Positions 10,572 to 18,242 of a stretch of DNA of 64,000 nucleotides are shown piece by piece. The position numbers and the translations under genes were made by a program. The notes under the pieces are model-generated. The model was not told where the DNA came from. It did not search any database and was given only the letters and a program-made list of their open reading frames with translations. Location: positions 10,563 to 74,562 of the forward strand of contig CALECM010000048.1 in assembly GCA_937949745.1 (NCBI GenBank). The letters are read 5' to 3'. Each line of letters opens with the position of its first letter. Positions within the stretch are counted from its first letter, which is position 1. This stretch comes from an uncultured Bacteroidales bacterium. GTDB lineage: Bacteria; Bacteroidota; Bacteroidia; Bacteroidales; WCHB1-69.

Positions 10572-11153
10572 ATGAATAGAGGAAAAAGAACATGCAGGAT
10601 ATTAAAAGAAATCCGGCAACAAATTGCACTTCAAAATAATATCGAATATGTAACATCCGAATGCCATTTTCAGGGGGAATGCAAGGGTAGCTGTCCTAAA
10701 TGTGAAGCAGAAGTGATCTACCTTGAGAATGAATTAAAGAAGCGGCATCAACTGGGAAAGGCTGTTTCCATTGCCGGAATTTCCTTAGGTCTCGCCGCCT
10801 CATTTTCCGCATGTAATTCTCCGCGCAAAGAAATTCCGGCTATTCCTTCAGAAATACCGATAGAAACAATATCCGAAACGCCTCCCCTTCCCTCTCCAGA
10901 TACGGTTAACGTTCCACCAGAACCAGATACTAAATGCATTGCCATAGATGGACTGGTTTTTAATATTGTGGGAGATGTGGAGTTTGGAGAAAGTGAACCC
11001 ATAGATCAAAATCCTGATTACAAATTAGAAGAGATACCATTCACGGATCAGCTTGAACATCCCGATGAATATCCTCCTCCGATTGATGAGGATATTTTAG
11101 AAGGTGATCTCATCCTTCCTGATCCCGGGTTTCCAGACCCGGATATAGATTAA
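10572..11153 (+). CDS. Radical-SAM-associated partner protein: N-terminal Cys cluster, single membrane anchor or lipobox-like segment, Pro/Asp/Glu-rich tail
   Basis: ATG is 4 nt after the radical SAM stop. C31-x5-C37-x3-C41-x2-C44 (ECHFQGECKGSCPKCEAE), hydrophobic AVSIAGISLGLAASFSAC, then a low-complexity P/E/D-rich tail. I recall an NCBI family named 'radical SAM-associated putative lipoprotein' with a similar CPKCEAE region; not verified. Confidence 0.55.
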   Translation: MNRGKRTCRILKEIRQQIALQNNIEYVTSECHFQGECKGSCPKCEAEVIYLENELKKRHQLGKAVSIAGISLGLAASFSACNSPRKEIPAIPSEIPIETISETPPLPSPDTVNVPPEPDTKCIAIDGLVFNIVGDVEFGESEPIDQNPDYKLEEIPFTDQLEHPDEYPPPIDEDILEGDLILPDPGFPDPDID

Positions 11154-11200
11154 GTTGTTATAATCCGGAGTAGAAAATCCAGGAAACATTTATAAAACTC

Positions 11201-11317
11201 CTATTCCTTAACAAATTTCTTCGTTACCGTCCCATGGGTAGTTTTCACATGTAAAAAATAGATCCCTGAAGAGAGATGGCTGACATTTATCAAAGTTGTG
11301 AATGTATCACGGGAAAT
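11201..11317 (-). pseudogene. Relic of a T9SS (type A) C-terminal sorting domain; the body of the gene is missing
   Basis: Reverse-strand translation gives ISRDTFTTLINVSHLSSGIYFLHVKTTHGTVTKKFVKE* (38 codons plus stop), the typical last strands of a T9SS CTD. An in-frame TAA lies directly upstream. The upstream sequence to about 11420 shows CTD-like pieces (..YFTVGVDMIGF..) only in other frames. Confidence 0.55.
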
Positions 11318-11604
11318 TTATAAATCCGATCATATCAACACCAACTGTAAAATAAATGATCTTCATATAATTATCATTCTGAATCTATTTGAGATCTTAA
11401 CGGTGGGATAAAAATACTGGATTTATAACCGTCTATTGAATAATTTTACGTAAGTTTGCCCCTTTACACAGTTAAGGATAGATTCAAGAATTGCATGCTG
11501 ACTTAAAAATTGAATTTTCTTTATTTAATCACTAAGCTTAAAAAGCTTATAAAGATATTATTTAGCCACCACATCGGGTTGTTAACAAAAATACAATTTA
11601 GTAA

Positions 11605-12870
11605 ATGATAAAAGATAAGAAATTGACTTTTTGGATAAAAATCCTCCTTATATATACACCTTTCTTTATTTTACTCCTCATTTTAAGAACCAGGGGCGGA
11701 TATGACTGGGAACAATATGTGTGGAAAGATTGGAGTTTGGCCGATCTGAAAAACGGAATTGCCGGTACCTATAATTCATGGACAGACTGTCTCCCTATTT
11801 ATCATCTTATCAATTTTTTTGCAAACAAAATATCCGGAGGAATACTTGGTTTCGAATCTAATCTTTTTTCAATACGCGCGGTTTCACTATGTTTCGAATT
11901 AGGCTCTACCCTTATCCTCTTTTCATTGCTGAACAATAAATGGCACAAGTGGCATAAGGCCGTGCTCTATTCGCTCTTTTATTTCCTGAATGTGGCGGTT
12001 ATTTATAATTCACTGGTATGGGGACAACTGGATGTGGCCATGACATTTTTCCTGTTCGCCTCGGTAATATGCGGATATAAAAAGAAGTGGTTACCGGCCT
12101 TTGTCCTGTATCTTTTGGCTGTAAATTTCAAATTACAGGCCCTGTTATTCCTTCCGTTGATGTTATTAATCTTCCTTCCCATGATCAGGCAAAGCAAATC
12201 TTACAAAAAGCTCTCTCTCTCTTTTTTGACAGCCATAGCCGTAAATTTCATCATTTACCTTCCTTTTCTTTTATCCCATGAATTTCCGGGTCTATGGAAT
12301 GATATTGTGGATTCCTTTAACACAGACTCTTTCGTATCCAAAGGCGCGTTCAATATCTGGTATTTACTGTTTCAGAAAAATCCGATGGAGTTTTCCGTTT
12401 ATGTGAAATTCTTAGGTATCTCTTATAAAGTTTGGGGTTGGCTTCTATTCGGCATTTCAAGCATTCTATTATTAATTTTCCTGTTTAAGAAAAATATCCG
12501 GTCAAATCTAACAATACGGAAATATATGTTAACCCGGAAGGATGCCTTTGCCGCTTTTTCCTTAATCACCCTGCTTTTCTTTTTTCTCAATACGGAAATG
12601 TCGGGGAGGGACTTACATCCGGCGTTTATCTTCCTGGCGGGATATGCCATGGTCTATCGCAAACCATGGCCATTTATCCTCATTAGTATTGCCTATTTCC
12701 TGAACATGGAAGCGCTTTTCCATTTTATGAAATCGCATCATTATCATACCATGATATACATGCCCTGGTTTGCGGCGGTGTTATATCTTTCAGGTATTCT
12801 CTTACTTTCTGCAGATCTGTTATTGGCACATGGAAAACGCATAAAAAACCTGTCCGTTAATATACTATGA
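11605..12870 (+). CDS. Polytopic membrane protein, GT-C-fold glycosyltransferase-like (Gpi18/COG5542-like mannosyltransferase pattern), paralog 1
   Basis: 421 aa with more than 10 TM segments. First-loop motif WSLADLKNGIAGTYNSWTDCLPIYHL and LYSLFYFLNVAVIYNSLVWGQLD..LLAVNFKLQALLFLPL are shared with the next gene. Family assignment is by remembered pattern only. Confidence 0.45.
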   Translation: MIKDKKLTFWIKILLIYTPFFILLLILRTRGGYDWEQYVWKDWSLADLKNGIAGTYNSWTDCLPIYHLINFFANKISGGILGFESNLFSIRAVSLCFELGSTLILFSLLNNKWHKWHKAVLYSLFYFLNVAVIYNSLVWGQLDVAMTFFLFASVICGYKKKWLPAFVLYLLAVNFKLQALLFLPLMLLIFLPMIRQSKSYKKLSLSFLTAIAVNFIIYLPFLLSHEFPGLWNDIVDSFNTDSFVSKGAFNIWYLLFQKNPMEFSVYVKFLGISYKVWGWLLFGISSILLLIFLFKKNIRSNLTIRKYMLTRKDAFAAFSLITLLFFFLNTEMSGRDLHPAFIFLAGYAMVYRKPWPFILISIAYFLNMEALFHFMKSHHYHTMIYMPWFAAVLYLSGILLLSADLLLAHGKRIKNLSVNIL

Positions 12871-14171
12871 AGACAATACCGTACCTCATTAATTATAAAA
12901 AATTAAAAAGTTCTCCTTTTTATTATTGGATCAGGATCATAGCTATTTATTCCCCTTTTTTGTTTTTGGTATTCTTCCTAAAGACCAAAACGGGACACTG
13001 GTGGGACAATTACCTATTTTCGCAATGGGCTGATTACAATTCATCACATGGTTTGAAGAATGCCTATGATTCGGGAACCGATTACCTGCCATTATATCAA
13101 TACGTTCTATATCTTTTCGGTAAAATGCAGGAAAATCCGTGGCTAATTTGGGATAAGCTGTATAACCTTAAGAATGTGACCATATTATTTGAATTCGGAA
13201 CAACACTTTTCCTTTTTAAATATTTAGAAGGGAAATGGAAGGATACGGACAAAGCCATATTATATTCCCTATTTTATTTTCTGAATATAGCCGTTCTATA
13301 TAATAGTCTGGTATGGGGACAGGTAGACGGCATCATGACATTTTTTATTGTGGGAGCTGTACTTTTCGCGTGGAAAAGGAAATTATTCCTTTCTTTATTA
13401 TTCCTTTTACTTGCAATCAATTTTAAATTACAGGCCATTATATTCCTTCCACTTGTCGGTTTACTGCTCCTTCCTTTGTTAAAAGAAAAAGGAATTATCA
13501 AAAAAATCCTTTTCTCCACCGTGGCATTATCTATTATTCTGGTATTGATCTATTTGCCTTTCATTCTCGGAGGTCATTTTCCCCATATATGGAAAAATGT
13601 GATCGTCGGATCCGTGGGAAGATATTCGGTTGTATCCATGAATGCCAATAATTTGTGGTACATGTTTATGAAAGATGATCCTATGCAAGTACAAAACACG
13701 GTTACTTTTTTAGGTATCACTTATAAAAACTGGGGATTTTTCTTATTCTTCCTTTCTGCTTTTTTTGCTCTTTTCCATTTCCTTAAACCTGTTTATCAAA
13801 TTTTTTTCAAAAAGATAAAAGCTAATTTTTCAGAAAAAAAAGTTTGGATATCCGCGGCTCTCATCCCTCTGATTTTCTTCTTTTTTAATGTGGAAATGCA
13901 TGAGCGCTATTCCCATCCGGCCCTGATATTCCTCGCTTTTTATGCGTTTTTGTATAAAAAGCCGTTACCTTATATTATTATTTCCATCGCTTATCTTTTG
14001 AATCTGGAAACCGCTACTAAATATTTCGCCTTCTCTTTTTATTCGGCTATCTTCTTTAAGGCAGGATTTATCGCCACCTTATATTTGATCGGGATCATTT
14101 TACTTTATTTGGATTTATATGATGTGAAATTCAAACCTCTAAAGAGACAGACAAAATCTCCGCCGATATAA
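12867..14171 (+). CDS. Polytopic membrane protein, GT-C-fold glycosyltransferase-like, paralog 2
   Basis: 434 aa. ATGA start/stop overlap with paralog 1. Conserved blocks WADYNSSHGLKNAYDSGTDYLPLYQY, LYSLFYFLNIAVLYNSLVWGQVD, LLAINFKLQAIIFLPL and FFFFNVEMHERYSHPALIFLAFYAF. Confidence 0.45.
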   Translation: MKTIPYLINYKKLKSSPFYYWIRIIAIYSPFLFLVFFLKTKTGHWWDNYLFSQWADYNSSHGLKNAYDSGTDYLPLYQYVLYLFGKMQENPWLIWDKLYNLKNVTILFEFGTTLFLFKYLEGKWKDTDKAILYSLFYFLNIAVLYNSLVWGQVDGIMTFFIVGAVLFAWKRKLFLSLLFLLLAINFKLQAIIFLPLVGLLLLPLLKEKGIIKKILFSTVALSIILVLIYLPFILGGHFPHIWKNVIVGSVGRYSVVSMNANNLWYMFMKDDPMQVQNTVTFLGITYKNWGFFLFFLSAFFALFHFLKPVYQIFFKKIKANFSEKKVWISAALIPLIFFFFNVEMHERYSHPALIFLAFYAFLYKKPLPYIIISIAYLLNLETATKYFAFSFYSAIFFKAGFIATLYLIGIILLYLDLYDVKFKPLKRQTKSPPI

Positions 14172-14227
14172 CCTGAACTAAAAGAAATATCCGTGGAATA
14201 AAATGGTTCACAATTGCGTGAAATTAT

Positions 14228-14257
14228 TCGAAGGGAATTAATCCGTATTCCCTTCGA
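14228..14257. terminator. 11-bp-stem hairpin at a convergent gene junction (possible bidirectional terminator)
   Basis: TCGAAGGGAAT-taatccgt-ATTCCCTTCGA. It overlaps the stop codon (14238-14240) of the response regulator and lies 57 nt after the stop of the GT-C-like gene. Confidence 0.4.
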
Positions 14258-15020
14258 TCCATTTCTTAAAGTCCGTTACTTTTTGCCGACTCATAATGAT
14301 TTTCTCTTCAGCCGGAACGATCAGATTCACCACTAACCTGCCCGTAAACCAGGTATTAAGGTTTTTAACGGCTTTCCGGGCAATCACGTATTGCCTGTTT
14401 ACCCGGAAAAATTGCCCGGGATCGACCATCGCGCATATTTCATCCAATGTGTAAGGCATCTGTATTTTCTCCGTATCATTTGTTACGGCGTAAACTTCAC
14501 CCTCTATGATATAAAAATATAAAATCGTGGAAATATCCAAAGGCGTAAACCGGTCGCTTTTGGACGGTATCAGAAAATGAGTCCGGTATTTTTCCCGGTT
14601 TTTAAACGTGTCTATGAGTTGTCGGATACTTTTTTCAGGAATATCCGTGTTGTCATTCCCTGCATTCGTTAAGCATTTTAATTTTTCCAGGGCTTTATTA
14701 ATATCCTGCGCCTGAATCGGCTTAAGGAGATAATCGATACTATTTACTTTAAATGCTTTAAGCGCATACGCATCATAAGCGGTGGTGAAGATCACCGGAC
14801 AGGTAATGGTAACCCGGTCGAATATTTCGAAGGATGAACCGTCGGAAAGATGAATATCCATAAATATCAAATCCGGCATGGCATTTCCTCTGAACCATTC
14901 AAGGGTATCTTCAATTCCTTCCAGTTCGCCGACGATTTCAATATAGGGAGCATTGAGCGACAATAAATTGCGTAAGTTACGGATAGCGGTTTTTTCGTCC
15001 TCTATGATCAAAGTTTTCAT
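14238..15020 (-). CDS. LytTR-family response regulator (REC + LytTR DNA-binding domain)
   Basis: MKTLIIEDE...LIFMDIHLSDGSSFEIF...PVIFTTAYDAYALKAFKVNSIDYLLKPI is the REC domain. The C-terminal FFRVNRQYVIARKAVKNL is LytTR-type. Confidence 0.9.
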   Translation of the reverse strand: MKTLIIEDEKTAIRNLRNLLSLNAPYIEIVGELEGIEDTLEWFRGNAMPDLIFMDIHLSDGSSFEIFDRVTITCPVIFTTAYDAYALKAFKVNSIDYLLKPIQAQDINKALEKLKCLTNAGNDNTDIPEKSIRQLIDTFKNREKYRTHFLIPSKSDRFTPLDISTILYFYIIEGEVYAVTNDTEKIQMPYTLDEICAMVDPGQFFRVNRQYVIARKAVKNLNTWFTGRLVVNLIVPAEEKIIMSRQKVTDFKKWIEGNTD

Positions 15021-15022
15021 GG

Positions 15023-16099
15023 TTATGGATTTATCGGATCTATCAACGGAATTCTGACTAAAAATAAATTACTGCTTTTTTCAACGATGATATGCTTATT
15101 GAATAACAAATTATACCTTTTGTCTAAATTCACCAGGCCTATTCCGGTTTCATGAATATGGTCGCCGTTAAATTTCGGTTGAAGAAAATTGGATACGACA
15201 AGCTGATCATCATTTTCACTGTAAATAGAAATCTCCAAAGGTTTCTTACTGCTTACCTGATTATGTTTAATCGCATTTTCTATTAATAGCTGCAAAGACA
15301 TCGGGGGAAGATGTTTTCTTAAAGCCCTGTCGCTGATTTGTATATTAAAATTCAAATTGTCTTCATACCTCGTTTTCTGCAAATGAATATAAGCCTGAGT
15401 ATAGGATAATTCCTGTTCCAGGTCCACCACATAACATTCTCCTTCCTGAAGTGTGTACCGGAGAACCCGTGAAAGTTCATTGATATAATCTTTCGCTTTT
15501 ACCGGGGATTCATCCACCAGTGTGGAAAGTGCATTCAAAGAATTAAATAACATGTGGGGATTCAATTGCGCTTTTAAGGATTCGTACTGGTGCTTAAATA
15601 TTTCCGTATTCAGCTGCTGGTGTTCCAAAGCCATCATCGATTGTTTCCTGACCAGATAAATCGCATAACAGGTGAGGAAAATAATGAGGGAAGTGATCCA
15701 ATCGTGTAAAGGATGTGTAATATGGTAAAGAAGGACTTCGGCATTGGGTACATCTTTATAATGGATGGAGAAAAGTATCCGTTCGGCGAGTTCCCTTAAT
15801 AAAGTTCCGCCGACAAAAAGGAATAAAAGCGAAAGCAGGATTTTCCCGATGCCGATCTTTTGATTCGGACGGTGAAATTTAAAAATCAACAAATTGGATA
15901 TGAATAAAATACTCATAATAACAATGGACGTAAGCGCTTCCGCTACAATATCGGAGAAAGAACCGGTATAAATCCGGCTGAAAATCTCATCATCCGCAAA
16001 AAAAATCGATAATTCCGGCAGGATAGTCAATAAAGAAATCACAACGGACAGGATGATCACAATCCATAAATCTTTTGAGCTCATTTTATTTTTATCCAT
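15023..16099 (-). CDS. Sensor histidine kinase, LytS/YehU-type (His_kinase + HATPase)
   Basis: LKAQLNPHMLFNSLNALSTLVDE, RVLRYTLQ, QLLIENAIKHN and TGIGLVNLDKRY, with an N-terminal multi-TM region. The track start at 16129 overlaps a -7 box, so I prefer the ATG at 16097-16099 (MDKNKMSSKDL). Confidence 0.85.
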   Translation of the reverse strand: MDKNKMSSKDLWIVIILSVVISLLTILPELSIFFADDEIFSRIYTGSFSDIVAEALTSIVIMSILFISNLLIFKFHRPNQKIGIGKILLSLLFLFVGGTLLRELAERILFSIHYKDVPNAEVLLYHITHPLHDWITSLIIFLTCYAIYLVRKQSMMALEHQQLNTEIFKHQYESLKAQLNPHMLFNSLNALSTLVDESPVKAKDYINELSRVLRYTLQEGECYVVDLEQELSYTQAYIHLQKTRYEDNLNFNIQISDRALRKHLPPMSLQLLIENAIKHNQVSSKKPLEISIYSENDDQLVVSNFLQPKFNGDHIHETGIGLVNLDKRYNLLFNKHIIVEKSSNLFLVRIPLIDPINP

Positions 16100-16117
16100 T
16101 ATTGACACAGTAATCGG

Positions 16118-16125
16118 CAAATTTA
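16118..16125 (-). promoter_or_regulatory. Candidate -7 box (TAAATTTG on minus strand) for the kinase/regulator operon
   Basis: The plus strand reads CAAATTTA, 19 nt upstream of the ATG at 16099. Confidence 0.4.
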
Positions 16126-16159
16126 TCAATAATCAGATAAAATAATACAGATTATGGTA

Positions 16160-16191
16160 TAAATTGTCGATTTTGAAGGTTAAATTGCCGA
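16160..16191. promoter_or_regulatory. Direct repeat pair TAAATTGTCGA / TAAATTGCCGA, 21-bp phasing
   Basis: Copies at 16160-16170 and 16181-16191 (10/11 identical, both preceded by GGT). They lie about 35-70 nt upstream of the candidate kinase-operon -7 box. Confidence 0.45.
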
Positions 16192-16199
16192 ATAATGGT

Positions 16200-16229
16200 T
16201 TTTACCTCAAAAAATGAATATTTTACCTC
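16200..16229. promoter_or_regulatory. Direct repeat pair TTTTACCTC x2 with 12-bp spacer (21-bp phasing)
   Basis: Perfect 9-mers at 16200-16208 and 16221-16229. The architecture (9-bp repeats, 12-bp spacer) is that described for LytTR regulators such as AgrA and ComE. Confidence 0.45.
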
Positions 16230-16318
16230 TTTTTCGAACTAAAACCGTAATTATACAAGGTCATCCCCGAATTTGTACAATTTAAGGAAAATATTATCCT
16301 GTCAAATAAACAGCCTCC

Positions 16319-16326
16319 TATTTTTG
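16319..16326 (+). promoter_or_regulatory. Candidate -7 box TATTTTTG
   Basis: TAnnTTTG match 24 nt upstream of the ATG at 16350. Confidence 0.45.
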
Positions 16327-16349
16327 CGCCATAAACTTAAATTACAGTC

Positions 16350-17540
16350 ATGAAAAAAATCTGTTTTATTATTTGTACATGTTTGTCCTTATCATTTGCC
16401 CGGGGGCAAAACAGCCATCGCGAAACACTGGACAGTATCGTAACCGACCGCGAAATGAAATCCGTATTTTATTACACGGACGGAGCACTGAATCAGCAAC
16501 TCCTTTTCGATTGGGATCATAACTCGGAGAGCTGGCACGTGGTTCGAAAAATAGATTACCAATATCATACTTCCGGAAAAATAGCCGTGGAGTTGTATGC
16601 CGGATGGGACAATCCCAACTCAACCTGGGCCAATACCGGGAAATTGGAAATGCATTATGACCAAAACAACCATTTAACGGAAATAGTCCGTTGTAAGTGG
16701 GATTCCGGTAATAGCAATTACATTTTAGAGAAGAAACAAAATATCACCTATGATCCTCTTTCCAGAGAATTGTCGCGTATAACTTTAGCATGGAACATCA
16801 ACCATAATGCCTGGGACAGCGTAGATAAAAAAGTTTTTAACTATGAAGACCCTAACACTAGTCCACACTCCACATTGTTGTCGGAATGGGAGGTTAGTCA
16901 GGCCCTGTGGATTGAAAAATTGAAAGATACCTTTTTATTTAATGATCAGGGTCAAATTGATCAAAGGATCAGAATGATATCCAATAGCCGGAATCAGGCG
17001 TGGAGAAATTTTGAGAAGACAACTTATGAATATGACATGACCGGAAACCTTATTTCCGAAATCACTTCCGAGTGGGAATGGGAAGGAGGAGGAAGCTGGC
17101 GGGAAGAAGAAAAAGCGGAATATATTTTTGACCTGAGCGTAGATTCCTCATCTTTAACCATACCTTTTGATTATGAATGGTCCTTTAAATTAAACCGGAT
17201 CGAAAAGTATTTTAAAATGCCGTTCCATGAGAACTGGAATAATCCGACAATCGTCAACTACTATTATTCTTCCGCTGTGATCAATGGTATTGAAGATTGT
17301 GATAACCTGAATATTCCTATATTTCCAAACCCCGCTACGGACCATATTTTTATAGGATGGAACGAGAATCAACAGGGAATAATCGAAGTATTCAATTCAG
17401 GAGGCAATAAAATAGCGGAACAGCAACTTATACCGGATAACATTCATAAATTATCCTTATCCGGATATGCTTCCGGCATTTATATTTATAAAATCCACAC
17501 AGAGAACGGAAAAGCAACCGGCAAGATCATTAAAAAATAA
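16350..17540 (+). CDS. Secreted T9SS cargo protein with about 7 YD-like/W-x6-W repeats and a type A C-terminal sorting domain
   Basis: Signal peptide MKKICFIICTCLSLSFARGQ. Repeats such as DWDHNSESWHVVRKIDYQY, GWDNPNSTWANTGKLEMHYD and SEWEWEGGGSWREEEKAEYIF. C-terminus IFPNPATDHIFIGW...GIYIYKIHTENGKATGKIIKK. Confidence 0.75.
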   Translation: MKKICFIICTCLSLSFARGQNSHRETLDSIVTDREMKSVFYYTDGALNQQLLFDWDHNSESWHVVRKIDYQYHTSGKIAVELYAGWDNPNSTWANTGKLEMHYDQNNHLTEIVRCKWDSGNSNYILEKKQNITYDPLSRELSRITLAWNINHNAWDSVDKKVFNYEDPNTSPHSTLLSEWEVSQALWIEKLKDTFLFNDQGQIDQRIRMISNSRNQAWRNFEKTTYEYDMTGNLISEITSEWEWEGGGSWREEEKAEYIFDLSVDSSSLTIPFDYEWSFKLNRIEKYFKMPFHENWNNPTIVNYYYSSAVINGIEDCDNLNIPIFPNPATDHIFIGWNENQQGIIEVFNSGGNKIAEQQLIPDNIHKLSLSGYASGIYIYKIHTENGKATGKIIKK

Positions 17541-17549
17541 TTTAAGAAC

Positions 17550-18242
17550 ATGAAGACCCTCATCGGCTATATTATACTCATGACACTCACCTGTTCATGC
17601 ACGAAGTCTCCTGGCAGTATCAAAGAAGAGAGAGCGGTCAACGCTTTCGATAAAATAGAGGTGAATGGGAATGTGGAGATCCATTATATGCAAATTTCCG
17701 AATATCATCTTGAAATCGAAGCCGATGCAAAAGATCTGCAGAGCATTACGACTTCGGTTAAGGATAGTATACTTTTCATTAATGCTCCGGAAACAGATCA
17801 CCATAGGAAGGAACATAAAAGAGTGATTATTTACCTTTCTTCTCCCGGTCTTAAACAAGTGGCATTGTCCGGAGCGGCTCATTTTAATAGTACCGATTTG
17901 AGCGCCGAATCTTTTGTACTTCGGGCATCGCAGGGTGTTGATATCCGGATAAACCGGATGTATATTAAAGATAATTGTAAAATATCCATTTCCGGAGGCA
18001 CGGATTGTATCGTAAAAAAACTGGAAGCTGATAATCTCTATCTCAATTGCAGTGAAGGGAGTGATATCACGCTTCGACAACTCCATACCCAAAACATTGT
18101 GCTTCATGCATCGGGCAGTTCCGATGTGGTTCTTCAGGGAAAAACCGACCGGATTACTATTAACGCATCAGGAGGAACGGATATTTCTATAGAAAATCTT
18201 AGTTATAATCATTTCGCTAATCATAGGAACAAGCATCGATGA
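17550..18242 (+). CDS. Lipoprotein with DUF2807 / head-GIN-like beta-helical repeats
   Basis: Lipobox LTCSC. Repeated xSGxSDI/V patterns (ALSGAAHF, ISGGTDC, CSEGSDI, ASGSSDV, ASGGTDI). The last codons and the stop lie inside the first unit of the downstream repeat array. Confidence 0.6.
   Translation: MKTLIGYIILMTLTCSCTKSPGSIKEERAVNAFDKIEVNGNVEIHYMQISEYHLEIEADAKDLQSITTSVKDSILFINAPETDHHRKEHKRVIIYLSSPGLKQVALSGAAHFNSTDLSAESFVLRASQGVDIRINRMYIKDNCKISISGGTDCIVKKLEADNLYLNCSEGSDITLRQLHTQNIVLHASGSSDVVLQGKTDRITINASGGTDISIENLSYNHFANHRNKHR

Noticed and set aside
17595-18107. 170-aa minus-strand ORF
   Set aside because: It lies entirely antisense within the DUF2807 gene. It has no motifs and no promoter box. 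The sense-strand gene has a lipobox and family repeats.
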